The position numbers were made by a program, and so were the translations under genes. From assembly GCF_009914755.1 (NCBI RefSeq), contig NC_060925.1: a stretch of 64,000 bases of DNA. The stretch is one strand, 5' to 3'. Shown in pieces: positions 41,662 through 53,903 of this stretch. Within the stretch, counting starts at the first letter, position 1. Each line of letters begins with the position of its first letter. The notes under the pieces were generated by a model. That model made no database searches and had not been told where the DNA came from. It worked only from the letters and a program-made list of their open reading frames with translations. The stretch comes from the human T2T-CHM13v2.0 reference genome, Homo sapiens.

Positions 41662-44600
41662 CTGTATACTTACCTTTACCAGTGAGTTTTATACCTTTTG
41701 ATATTTTCTTGTTACACATTAGCATTTTTTTTCTTTCAAGTTGAAGAACTTCCTTTGTTATTTCTTGTAAGACAGATCTGGTGGTGTTGCATTTACTTGG
41801 CTTTTGTTTGTCTGGAAGAGCCTTTATCTCTCCTTCATTTCTGAAGGACATATTTGCCAGTTACTTTATTCTTGGTTGGCATTCTTTTTCTTTCAGCATT
41901 CTGAATATATTGCCCTACACTTTTTGGCCTGCAAGGTTTCTGCTGAAAAGTCTGCTGCCAGGCATATCAACATTCCCTTACATGTTATTTGCTTCTTTTC
42001 TATTACTGCTTTTAGAATGCTCTGTTTTTATTTCGAGAGTCAAAGGGTATGTCTTGAGGTAGTTCCATTTGTGTTGAATATGATTGATGGCCTTTGACCT
42101 TCCTTTACTTGAGCATTTACATCTTTTTCCAGGATTGTAAAATTTTCTTTTATGATTTCTGTGAATAAGCCGTCTATTTCCTTGTCTTTTTCTGTACCCT
42201 CTTGAACTCCAATGACCCAAGTATTTGCTCTTTCAATAGTATCCCATAGACTCCATGAACTTCACTTGTTTCTTTTTTTTTATTCTTTTTCCCACTTTGG
42301 CCATATTTCAAATAGTCTATCTTAGATTTCACTGATTTTTTTTTCTTCTGCTTGATTAATTCTGCTGTTAATGCTCGTATTGCATTTCTTATTTCATTAA
42401 TTGTATCTTTTAGCTCTAGGATTTCTGTTAGATTTTTCATTACTTTAGTCCCTGTTAAACTTCTCTGATAAATTTCTGAACTGCTTTTCTCTGTGTTTTA
42501 CTGAAATTCACTAAGCTTCCTTAACAAGCTATTCTGAATTCCTTGAGAGATAATACTTCTGCATCACTTTAGGGTTTGTCACTGGCATCGTGTTTTGTCT
42601 GTTTGGTGAGGTCAAAATTCCCTGGTTGTTCTTGATGCTTGTGTATGTACATTGATGTATTTGCTCTGAAAAAAGGTATTTATTTCAGTCTTCACAGTCT
42701 GGCTTTGTTTGTGCCTGTTTTTCTTCACTGGGCCTCTCCAGAATTTAAGCAAACCTAATGTTAGATCGCATGACTGCTGCAGCCATTTCAGCACTAGAGG
42801 AAACTCTAAGCCTAGGTTCACTGTGAGTCTCATGAGGGCTGTCAGGTTGGCATGGAGCCCTTATGTAGAAGGACGTGGTGAAGACCCAAGGAGGGTGCCC
42901 AAGCTGTGTGAGGAAGCTGGCCAGGGACCTAAGTCCAGGAGCCTGTCTCATTGGCTCAGATGTGGGAGGAGCTGGAGCTGAGACTGGGTCCCCTCAGGAT
43001 CTGCTTTGGGACAAAGGCTGGTGGTCCCACCAAGGAGTTTCAGAAAAATGGGTGATTGCCTGGCTATGAGATAAGGGTAAGTCTTTCTCTAGGTATCCTT
43101 GTGTGAGCAGTAATAAACTCAGATCACAGCTGAGTGGGTCTGGAGCCAAATTACAGGGTAAGTTTCAGATTCACTGCCAACATTTAACGGACAGAAGAGA
43201 TTTTCTGCCAAGTTATTAGTGTGCATGATTCCTCCTAGACACATTGGTAGATGTTTTTGGTTCAAGACTCAAGACAAAATTGGAGTGTAGCCAAGCCTTT
43301 TGTTAACAAGGATGTCTCCAAGTTTGAAACCTGCAGTATCATTGGTGGGTCTGCTATCCAGGTGCTGGTCTGCAATCCCAAAGCTGCCTACCTAGGGCCT
43401 TGATTCCACTGAATTTTCACAGATTACTCCCTGATTCCTGAGGCTTCTACAGAGAGACTTTTGTCTGTGGATGAGTAGATAATTCTTGGAGTTGGGGGAT
43501 ATGAGTGGGTTACCTCCTATTCCACCATCTTTCTGACATAGTGTTTGTATTTCTATTCTGACTATAACATATATAGTGGGATTAGATGAATACATAATTA
43601 CATTGATTCATCGGAAACCAAGATTTTCCGTGTGGGAGAAAAGAGAAGTAGAAGTGAGACTGATGAGTTAAACACATAGTTTTGAATTTGAAGTGAAAGT
43701 GTAAATATGAGCTTGTGATGATATTTATCCTCAAAAAAATTTCCACAGGCTAATTTTTTTTTAGGTTTTCCCCCTTAGAAGGCCTAGAAACTAGGATTAA
43801 CCCAGTAATTTCCGTATCACATTTTTTCCAACTAACAAGGACCAGAGATCCTTGCTAATTTCTAGTGTAGGGCAAGAAGTTTCGGCAAGAACCTTGAGCA
43901 ACTTTGCCACATCAGGAAGTAATACAGTCTTGATGACAGAGGTGTATTGATGGAGCTCAGGAAGAATTGACTTGAAAAGAATCTCATTGTCACAGATAGG
44001 ACAATTTGAGCTTCAATAAAACAACTACTATGATAGATACAAGCATTTCAAATAAGCTGAAATTCATGAGTATACAATTATGCAAAAAAATATTGATCAC
44101 TTGTGGAGAATGCCATATAAAGCATTCATTCTCTTGAGAACGGGCAAATAAATAGAAAGAATAACTATCTTATTACCTTGATTCCATCAAGGTAATAAGA
44201 TAGTTACTGAAGATAATGTCTCTTTAGGAATATTCTAAGTAATAAGTGAAGAATGTTTAATATATTTTTCTTTCACCCCTAGGCCATTCATTCATAAGAT
44301 ATGACCCAGGGCACTTTGAGGTCCCTGACTCCTTTTCTGAGGGTCCATAGTTCCCAATAAATCCTAACAATACTACCAGGTTAAATTTTTAATTCTATTC
44401 TTCTCATGATTTTATGTTGTTCTCCAGAGACTACATGGAATATGATATTGCATCAGATTGGATGCCAAAGCAGATATGAAAATGTAGCTGTTTTCTTATT
44501 AAGCCAGACATTAAAGAGAATTGCCAAAATACTAAATAAATAAATAAATAGATGCAGCTGTAAAGCCACGCTTCTCACTACATTTTTGAAAAACATTTAA

Positions 44601-44732
44601 AAATAAAGATGTAATTTTTGTTGATATGTAATCCATGTTTAATTGTAGAGAAGTTTATAAATATTTTAATTATTAGTTTATTAGTTTTTACTTCTAAGAT
44701 ATATCTAGCTATCTGTCTGGACATACATTTTA

Positions 44733-44733
44733 T

Positions 44734-44764
<31 letters not shown>

Positions 44765-44768
44765 CACA
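44733..44768. repeat. (CA)n microsatellite
   Basis: Near-perfect CA run. Confidence 0.9.
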
Positions 44769-45061
44769 ATTTCCATCACACAGAGAAAAGCTTTTCTGGT
44801 GATCTCAATCTTTTTTTATTGTGGTAAAATACACATATATAAGATTTACCATTTTGCCATTTTTAAGTGTACAATTCTGTGTTATTAAGTACATTCACAC
44901 TGTTGTGCCACCTTCAATATAACTTGTACATATGTAAAATGTGTAAGAGTTGAGACCTATTAATCTAGTAATGAATGAAGACCATTAAGCATTATATGCC
45001 TCTTGTGAGATATACATAGTATAATAAAACCTGAATCTGAGCACATCACAAATCTATTTAT

Positions 45062-45364
45062 TTATTTTTTATTTTTTCTTGAGACGGAGTCTTGCTCTGT
45101 TGCCCAAGCTGGAGTGCAGTGGCGCGATCTCGGCTCACTGCAAGCTCCGCCTCCCGGGTTCATGCCATTCTCCTGCCTCAGCCTCCCTGAGTAGCTGGGA
45201 CTACAGGTGCCCACCATCATGCCCGGCTAATTTTTTTTGTAGTTTTAGTAGAGATGGGGTTTCACCGTGTTAGCCAGGATGGTCTCAATCAACTGACCTC
45301 GTGATCCGCCCGCCTCGGCCTCCCAAAGTGCTGGGATTACAGGCGTGAGCCACCATGCCCGGCC
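45062..45364 (-). mobile_element. AluY
   Basis: CpG-rich reverse Alu with GCAAGCTCCGCC; perfect 15-bp TSD CACAAATCTATTTAT at 45047-45061 and 45365-45379. Confidence 0.93.
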
Positions 45365-45878
45365 CACAAATCTATTTATATATAGTAAATAAAGAGAACA
45401 AAGGGGCATGTTAAATGACATTATAGCTATGTAATCAGCAAAATCCAAACTGTGGATGATTTTACAAGAAGAATGATGAAATTTCTTAAAAAACAAATTC
45501 TAGGATAAAAATGAGAGAAGAATCCTACAGATTAAAAACGGTTTATGAAACATCAACTAATTTTAATGCATGAATCTTATTTTTATTCCAATTTAATGAA
45601 TAAACTGTAAAAACAATTCATGAGACAATTGGAAAAAATTTGAATGCTGAACAACTATATATTTAATGATATTAAGAAATCTTTTATTTGGGGATGTCAT
45701 AATGTAATTTCGGCTATATGTTAAAAAAGTCTATATGTTACAGAAAGACATGTTGAAATAGTTAAGGATGAAATGATACAATATCTAAAATTTATTTTAA
45801 TCATGAGTTGATAATTTTTTCAAAACTGTCTAATGAGCAAAGGATAGTTTTTATACTGCTTTATGTTTGCACATATAA

Positions 45879-46193
<315 letters not shown>

Positions 46194-46219
46194 TAAAATT
46201 ATTAATTAATGGACCAGCG

Positions 46220-46427
46220 CTGGCTGGTCCATTTTACAGAGTGCAGATTGGTCTATTTTACAGAGCACTGATTGGTGCATTTTACAAACCTCTTGCTAGC
46301 TACAGAGCACTGATTGGTGTGTTTTTACAGAGCATTGATTGGTGCATTTTACAAAACTCTTGCTAGCTACAGAAAAGTTATAGGAGTCCCCACTCAACCC
46401 AGGGAGTGCAGCTGGCTTCACCTCTCA
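46220..46427 (-). mobile_element. Truncated LTR12 (ERV9) U3 fragment
   Basis: Minus strand begins TGAGAGGTGAAGCCAGCTG; tandem TGTAAAATGCACCAATC-type repeats with 4 CCAAT boxes. Confidence 0.8.
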
Positions 46428-47192
46428 CTATGACCCTTTAAAAGCTAGACTATAGCTGTAGTAAGCCAAGGGTGGTTTTCTCCAAAGGAGTTTGGAACAG
46501 AAATAAAGAAAACATAATATTTTTTGGCTAAGTGGAAACTATTTTAGCAAGATGAGGAGAATCTACAATATCAACTAAAAAGAAAAAAAAATGGAAGAAA
46601 GTAGATGACTCTGAAAGAAAACACTTAACTTGGCAGTTACAGCAACTCAGATAGTTTTTACTGAGAAAATGAATTTGCAGCTAAGAGATCTTGCCAGAGA
46701 TCTACAAATAGGGAACACTGTCCTCAAGGAACTTACAAAGAGAAGGGGAGGAAAAACAAAAATAACTCCAATGCTGTGAGTAAAGTGTAAAGTGGATCTC
46801 TGCATAGTTCCTTTTATTATAGCACTAGGAAAGTCTTCCTGAGGAAGAAACATCTCAGCTGAGCCTTCAGGGCTAGAAATTCATCCAGGCAGAGACAGAG
46901 AAGAAATTACATCCAAAAGGCTCTGCATCTCTGCAAATACAGTGATTCTGGCATAATTATATTTGGTTTTCTTTGACAAATGATATTTAACCAGAAGCAG
47001 AAAAAGAAAAGTTTTAAATTAGGAAGCCAAAGGGAGTCACCATTAAGTCATATGTATTATATTTCATTTATTTTGAGACACATTTTTTCTAACATTTTAA
47101 TGTGTGTAAAATCAGGGTGAATCACACTGTTAGTACAGTCTCATAATAAATTTACAGTTTTAAGTACTTTTTTGCTGATGTTTAAATAATAA

Positions 47193-47198
47193 TTTATT
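47193..47198 (-). terminator. CD1B polyadenylation signal
   Basis: TTTATT on + (AATAAA on -) about 130 nt past the stop; a second one lies at 47067-47072. Confidence 0.65.
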
Positions 47199-47328
47199 TT
47201 AAAATACATGAAAACTCTGATTTCATCAAATTTGAAAATCATTTGAAATATGATAAGATTGACTTTTGGGCTGATATCTTGGGCTTCTTGGTACTTATTG
47301 CGAATGGGAGAGGAGACATGATGATGGC

Positions 47329-47350
47329 TCATGGGATATTCTGATATGAC
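47329..47350 (-). CDS. CD1B: CD1b exon 6 (tail with YQNI sorting motif)
   Basis: AACAG acceptor; encodes (R)SYQNIP then TGA. Exon sum 61+267+279+279+94+22=1002 nt. Confidence 0.95.
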
Positions 47351-47384
47351 CTGTTAAAAACAGAAGAACAAAAGAGCTCCACAT

Positions 47385-47860
47385 AAAAGATGTTTGTACA
47401 CCCATGCTCATAGTAATATTATTCATGATAGTTAAAAGTGAAAGCAACCCAAGTGTCCATAGATAGACGAATGGATGAACAAAATGTGTTATACGCATAT
47501 GGTGGAATATTGTTCAGTTTCAAAAAAGGAAGGAAGCCCTTTCATATGCTACAATGAGGATATTACGCTAAATGAAATAAGTCACAAAAAGACAAATATT
47601 TACAATTCCACTTATATAAGGTACCTAGAATAGTAGAATTCATAGAGACAGAATGTAGAGCTGTCCTAACCAGGGCCTGGAGAAGAGGGGAAATGGGAAC
47701 TTGCAGCGTAATAGGAATAGAGTTTCAGTCTTGCAAGACAGAAGAGTTTTGAAGATTGCTTGCACAACAATGTGAACACACTTAACACCACTGAACTGTA
47801 CACTTAAAAATGGTAAAGATGGTAAACCTTATGTTATGTGTATTTTAACAGAATTTTTTT
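47385..47860 (+). mobile_element. L1MB-like 3' fragment filling CD1B intron 5 (antisense to the gene)
   Basis: GCAACCCAAGTGTCCAT...TGGATGAACAAAATGTG...CTGAACTGTACACTTAAAAATGG motifs. Confidence 0.75.
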
Positions 47861-48013
47861 TAAGTCCACATAAAACGAATGGGAGTTTGGGGAAAGGATA
47901 TGGTGAAAGGATTGAGGATAAACAATTTTTAAATAGATAAAATGGTAAAAAACAGTGGAAGGGTGAACAGAAAAGACATATTAAAAAAAAAAACAACACC
48001 ACCCACAACTCAC

Positions 48014-48107
48014 CGGCGCCTCATATACCATAATGCAAGGCATAGCAAAAGGAGCAAGGAAGGCACTATTATTGCCAAAACAATTGAGCCAATGGAGGTG
48101 GGGTTTC
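48014..48107 (-). CDS. CD1B: CD1b exon 5 (transmembrane)
   Basis: GCCAG acceptor; encodes (R)NPTSIGSIVLAIIVPSLLLLLCLALWYMRR; donor GTGAGT. Confidence 0.95.
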
Positions 48108-48462
48108 CTGGCAATTGAGAGAGGACAAAAGGATGTCACTTCAGATACTATACACAGAATTCCTTGGCCTTCCTTTGCCCACCTACTTCCAATGTATGGT
48201 CATTTCCAACTTCCTCTCTCATATTCCTGGCCACCATATATCCATCCTTTGATCCCCTCTACCCAGTTTACAGGTCCTTAATTCCTACATTTTTGATAAC
48301 TTGGATTATCTATTTTTACTCCTGTTGGGATTGGGGTCAGGGAAATCAATCAATCAATCTCTCCCTCTTTCATCTCTCAAGCTCTATCCTTCCCCAGTGC
48401 CTCCCTCTATGCCTGAAGATCACTTCCTGGCATTTCCAGCCTGGGTCCCTGCTATTTCTTAC

Positions 48463-48741
48463 TCCAGTAGAGGATGATGTCCTGGCCCTCTAAACTGCTG
48501 TGCTTCACCCGACAGGACAGGCCAGCCGCCTCCCCATCTGCCACATCCAGGGTTGCTCGGAGATACCATGTCCAGTTAGCATTGGGCAGGATGTCCCCTA
48601 GCTGAGTGCCCTGCTGCTCCTGCTCACCCCGCATCCACATCACCCACACGGGCTTTGGGTAGAATCCTGAGACATGGCACACAAGCTGCAGACGGCCAGG
48701 TCCAGGACTGGGGCCACTGGACAGCCAGGCCTCAGGCTTCA
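48463..48741 (-). CDS. CD1B: CD1b exon 4 (alpha3)
   Basis: CTTAG acceptor; 279 nt encoding (V)[29 protein letters not shown]...ILYW; donor GTAAGA. Confidence 0.97.
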
Positions 48742-48944
48742 CTAAGGCAGGAAGGAGAAAAAAAAGTGTCATGTTATAACTCGAGTTCAGAGGTTATGAA
48801 CTCAGAAACCTACAAGCTTGGACAGCGACCCCATTCACTCCTTTGGGAACCAAATAACTTGTTATTTAAGCTCCTATCCTTTGATATCTTCCTACTCTTG
48901 ATCTTAGAGGAGGTGGTGGGAAGTGAAATAACAGCAGGACTAAC

Positions 48945-49223
48945 CTTGTCTTTGCAGATCTGCTTTTCCTGCATTGAGGACGCCCAAGAGATATCGGGGG
49001 CAGGTTTCATAGAGGAGAATTCTCACAGTTTCCATGATACCTTGATATTGTATGATTAGTGCACAGAATTTCTGTGCCCTGCTGCCACCTTCTGGGGAAG
49101 GCACACATGAAGCATTCTTGACACTCAGGAAATCCAATCCTCCTAGAGCTCCCCTCAGGAAGCTTACTATGGCACCTCCAGAATGTAGCTCACAGCCTGC
49201 TATGCCCTGGATCTCAAAGGGGT
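48945..49223 (-). CDS. CD1B: CD1b exon 3 (alpha2)
   Basis: CATAG acceptor; 279 nt encoding (Y)[15 protein letters not shown]...ADLQRQ; donor GTTAGT. Confidence 0.97.
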
Positions 49224-49888
49224 CTATGTAGAGGGAAAAGAGAGCAAGTTATTAAACACAAATAAGAAAAAAAGGCATGAGAAAAGAACCTAGGATTTTA
49301 GATTTTGGTGGGGATAAAGTTATTTGGTGTAAAATGATGATGAGCTAAAAACTAATGATAACATTTAGACATTTTCAGAAACAAGAGCATTGAGAAAAAT
49401 GTGCATGCCATGAAGACAAAGGTATGTGATAAAGGAGTACAGTGAGTATGAAAGGAGAGGTGAGGCAGAGCGTGGTGCAGTCAGGAGTGCAGCATTCCAG
49501 AGTGAGTGGAGGTTCCCAGCAAGAGGAGGGTGCGGGGAGGAGATGATTGAAAAGATGGATTAGGGGAGAAAGCCACACGTTAGATCACTCAGGCACAGGG
49601 TAGGAGAAGTAAGGGCCCTTGAGGAGAAGTTTCACATAAGACAAACCAGCAGCTGGTTACAAAGTGGAAGACAGTCTGAGAGTAAGAGAAGAGTGCAGAG
49701 GCAGCAAGAATCTGAAATATGAGGTGTGATGGTGTGAAGCTGGAGTGAGAGACTACTCAAGAAAAGCATGTGCGTGCATTTGGGTAAAATAGAAAGGAAG
49801 GGAGAAGCATCAGAGAGAGCAACACTTTGCAAAAAAGAGAGAAAAGAGAGTCCTTGAGACTCTTCCCAGTTCGGTGGACTAGACTCAC

Positions 49889-50155
49889 ATTTCATCTGGA
49901 AATCACCGGCAAAGTCTTGTACTTCTCGAGCGAATCCAAAGATGTAGACTCGGAATATCTCCTCTAACTCAGCAACCTCCTTATCACTAAAGTTACCTTT
50001 AGACCAAGGCTTCAGGAATATGGCAGTGCCTGAGTCGCTATCCCAGCCATGAATCTGCAAATCATCCAACCAGCCTGAGCCTTGAGTTTGTGCCCAGGTA
50101 CTATTGGTAAAGGACGAGGTCTGGATAACATGAAAGGAGGTCGGCCCCTGGAAGG
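49889..50155 (-). CDS. CD1B: CD1b exon 2 (alpha1)
   Basis: CACAG acceptor; 267 nt encoding (A)[15 protein letters not shown]...DFQMK; donor GTGAGT. Confidence 0.97.
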
Positions 50156-50455
50156 CTGTGAAGAGTGGAAAAGCAAGATGGTGAAGATAAAGAGAGAAGC
50201 AGGAGACAATTAGGAAGAATGGGAATGAAAATGATTTAGAAAACAAGAACCTAGAGTCTAAAGAACACAGGAAGTCTGACACATTTGACTGCCTTAAGGC
50301 TTCAGGTTCTAGTCCCAACCACCAGAATGGTTGAAGAGGGCGGGAGACAGAAAGACCCAGACCCTTAGTGTCCAATTGCACCTAGGAAAGCCCTGCTTGC
50401 TTTTTAAAATCCAAACCCCTGCACCAGTGCTGGGAGCTGCCAGAGTGACTCTTAC

Positions 50456-50516
50456 CATGTTCACTGTTACCACCAGGAAAGAGAACAGCTAACAGTTGAA
50501 ATGGCAGCAGCAGCAT
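50456..50516 (-). CDS. CD1B: CD1b exon 1 (signal peptide)
   Basis: Minus-strand ATG at 50516 encodes MLLLPFQLLAVLFPGGNSEH plus G; donor GTAAGA. Confidence 0.97.
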
Positions 50517-50800
50517 TTCACTGGGAGATGCAACTTCTTACTGGCAGAGCTGGTATTTGATCTCCAATTTCAGCAAAGCTTTTCCTCAGTACCCTGTAGT
50601 GACTTCTTCTCTCTTCCAACTGCCAAATCTCTTCCTCATCCAAACTGCTTTTCAGAGAAAAATGTGCCTCCCACAGCCCTGAGCCTCTTACCTCACCTTT
50701 TATTTCCCTCAAGCCCTGATTTTTAGAGTTTCTCTTACCCCCTGACTTCCAGCCGCTCTCCCTGTCCTCACCTTCCTTCATACCTCCTTGGAAAAGCCCC
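50517..50800 (-). promoter_or_regulatory. CD1B proximal promoter/5'UTR
   Basis: Homologous to the CD1C upstream region; purine-rich ETS-like GAGGAAGA and GGAAGT cores on the minus strand. Confidence 0.6.
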
Positions 50801-51075
50801 CATATGATTCTGCATTTTCATTTCTCCTTCCTTAGCCTTTATTCCCACATCTATAGGATAAGATGGTGATATTAAGCAATTGCTAAGCTTTTAGTCTGCT
50901 TTAACCCAGAAGGATGCTTTTAGTTTATCCACCTCACTTAGTTTCTCCCCCTCCCAGCTGCCTTATCTTCTCTGGCACTCTGTTACTGCCTCTTCCCAAT
51001 GTTTTCAATGTCTTCTCTTTCTTATATTGCCCTCTTTGTCTGGTGTTCCTTACCCCACATTCTAAACTGGCTGTG

Positions 51076-51126
51076 AGTGTGTGTGTGTGTGTGTCTGTGT
51101 CTGTGTGTGTATGTGTATGTGTGTGT
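51076..51126. repeat. Compound (TG)n microsatellite upstream of CD1B
   Basis: GT run with TC/TA interruptions about 560 bp upstream of the ATG. Confidence 0.88.
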
Positions 51127-51794
51127 ACCGATATTCACTTACATAAAGGCAAAGCATTTAAAACATTTCCTGTACTATAGCACTACAAACCAAAATGCCA
51201 GAATCAAATATAATAAAGACTGAAGTTTATAATTCAAACAAAATTATACTATAGCAATATTTGAGGGAAAAAATGACAATTGCTGCTAGCATGTGACCTT
51301 CTCTTCAGGAGCTCTTGGCCTATGGAGTTTTGAGTAACAAATATTCATGACATAAACAGAACTCTAGGAGCTATGCTATGTGCACCTCCAGCCTAAGTCA
51401 AAGATAACTTTTTGGGTAAGTTGCCATAAGCGGCAGAGCTTTTTTCTTCTCTTGTAATATCTCATAACTGCTGTCTACATTTGGGCATTCATATCACCAC
51501 ATGTGGTATTAATAATAGAGCAAAGAGGTTGCTTTTTTTTATACAAAAAGTTCAGAGATACTTGTTTTAAGATGTCACCTCCTATCTTCTTGTATGCCCA
51601 TGAAAAATTTTAAGAAGAATTTTTGGATTTTCTCCATTTAGGAAAAAAATCACATATTTGCAGAGATCTATGTATCATGCAGAAATGTGGCAGCAATCGA
51701 TTCCGAGTAAAGAGGGTTATCACTAACTAATTCTATTATGTGGATAAGAAAATGCAAAGTGAGTAGTGTAGTGTTCTCTATTCCTGGGGACACT

Positions 51795-51841
51795 ACTGGT
51801 TCACAACATTAATAAGACTGGTTCACAACATTAATAAGACT
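51795..51841. repeat. Perfect 22-bp tandem duplication
   Basis: ACTGGTTCACAACATTAATAAG twice, followed by ACT. Confidence 0.92.
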
Positions 51842-52257
51842 AGCCTTCATCCAAGATTATTACTGCCTAATTGATAAATACAGAGCAGCTCTCCAAATTT
51901 CAATGTATGTATCTCTTAACAACATTCCCAGACTCCAATACATGACAGAATTGAATCTACTTTTTGGATAACAGCCATAGACAACAGCAGAGACTTAACA
52001 TTGGCTGTCACAGACATGAACATTACTATTTTTGTGTTTATACGTTTTTTATTTTGGGTAGAACACCCAAAACAGAGCTCAGGAAAAGCTGGTAGACAAC
52101 CTGGGCTATTTTCCATTAAAATAAGTGAGTTCTTGCAAGACTCCCAAAGTTGAATTGCTACAAACTAAATCTGAAATGTTCCTCATTTTAAAAAATAATC
52201 CAAAAGAGTTGGCAGGGCACAGGAGACTATCACAACACTAGCCCCACACTCATCAAA

Positions 52258-52551
52258 CTTTTTTTTTTCTTGAGACAGAGTCTTGCTCTGTTGCCCAGGC
52301 TGGAGTGCAGTGGCATGATCTCGGCTCACTGCAGCCTCTGCCTCTTGGGTTCAAGTGATTCTCCTGCCTCAGCCTCCTAAGTAGCTGGAACTGTAGGCAT
52401 GTGCCACTATGCCCAGCTAATGTTTGTATTTTTAGTAGAGACTGTGTTTCACCATGTTGGCCAGGATGGTCTTGATCTCCTGACCTTGTGATCTGCCCAC
52501 CTCAGCCTCCCAAAGTGCCAGGATTACAGGCATGATCCACCACGCCCGGCC
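52258..52551 (-). mobile_element. AluS
   Basis: Reverse Alu; TSD CACTCATCAAA. Confidence 0.9.
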
Positions 52552-52748
52552 ACTCATCAAATTTTTAAACAAGTTAGGCCTAAAACATGAGAACAGTAAT
52601 CCAGTCAAAATTATGTTACCAGAAAGGAATATTAGTATTGCCAAAGACTGAGTTAGAAATTGAGTTGTGCCTGAGAGATGGAAGATAGAGGAAGAGGTCT
52701 TGGTTTCAGTTTCAACAGCGTGTAAGTTTTTGCCAAATATGTGCAGAA

Positions 52749-53193
52749 TGTCTACCTAAATAACAAACAGAAAAAGAGGCTCTCTAAAAGAAAAAGATAT
52801 TTATTTGAGAATAGAGCATTGCAATGGGAATATATATGCAATAGTAAACGATGTGCATACTCAGGGAGGTAAAGGAAGGCAAATTTTTTAAAGAAAAAAA
52901 ATTAAGAGAATTACATATTTGTTTTGAAATAATTATCCTTGCCTACAAATATCAATAACAACGGTGACACCAGTCAGAGGTTAAACAGACAGTTGCTGGC
53001 AGGGCAGATGTCTTTGAGGCATTTTTCATGTAAGGTTGTGATGGCCTTTTCAAGGTTGTGGTTTTTGCAGAGTCTTTCGTGGTAGTTGTTCTTATTAGGT
53101 ATACAAGTGTGAGAACCCTCTCTGCATAGTCTTCCCTAGCTCTGCCAGTTTTTTTTTTTTTTCCTTAGTGACTCCGTTTTGTTTCTGGCAACA
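52749..53193 (-). mobile_element. Probable ERV1 (MER4-group) solo LTR
   Basis: TG...CA ends; minus strand starts TGTTGCCAGAAACAAAACGGAGTCAC and has AATAAA near its 3' end; family not certain. Confidence 0.45.
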
Positions 53194-53903
53194 TTTGCAA
53201 GAAGATGACTGTAAATTTAAATTTAGTTAGGAAAATCGCCAGACAAAATGAAAATTTTGTAATTCTTCAAATGTCATATTTGAGGGAAAAATTTACTTTA
53301 TACACTGTCTTTTCCCTGAAAAGTGGAGCAATTGAGATAGTTTGAAAGGTCTAGAAATTAACCAGGTTTTCAAGTTACATTCTTTCTCACATATCATATC
53401 CAGTATTTCATATTTCCTTTCTGTTTCAAAAGTACAGAAATGGACATGGCAGTGTCCACAGTGTCCACATAGCAATGTCACACATTTCCATACTACACTG
53501 TGACTATGCTTGTCCAGCTCTATGGCATGGTTTGTATTTCCACTCTGCATTAGTACCATTGTTGCTTGACATATGAAACCTGTCTTCTAGGGAAAGATTA
53601 TCCCTAGTCCCAATATTTGTTTCAAATTAAAAAATCAACATGTGCACACTTCTAAATCGAAGCTTTAATTGATGCTTCTAACTCATACTCTCCTATGGGC
53701 CTAAAGACCATGTACACTTCTGATAAGCTCATCAAGACACAGGTTTTCTCAGATATTGATTGCATAATCTCACTTATATGTGGAATCTTAAAAGAGTTGA
53801 GTACACAGAAATAGAGAATAAAACAGTGATTACCAGGGGCAGGAAGCAGGTGGTGGTGGGAGGAAATGAGGAGATGTAGGTCAAAGAATACAAAGTAGCC
53901 GAT

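Noticed and set aside
46230-46380. Repeat-spacer-like pattern resembling a CRISPR array
   Set aside because: Eukaryotic context; these are LTR12 U3 tandem repeats without unique spacers or cas genes.
49632-50455. 249-aa ORF across CD1B intron 1, exon 2 and intron 2, or in-frame retention of the 300-nt intron 1
   Set aside because: The ORF starts at GTG, not ATG; read-through from exon 1 hits an in-frame TAG at 50384-50382; the ORF is exon 2 plus open intronic flanks.
51257-53291. 16-bp dispersed repeat ATATTTGAGGGAAAAA at ~51257 and ~53276
   Set aside because: Short and AT-rich with no extended flanking homology; no element or function can be supported.
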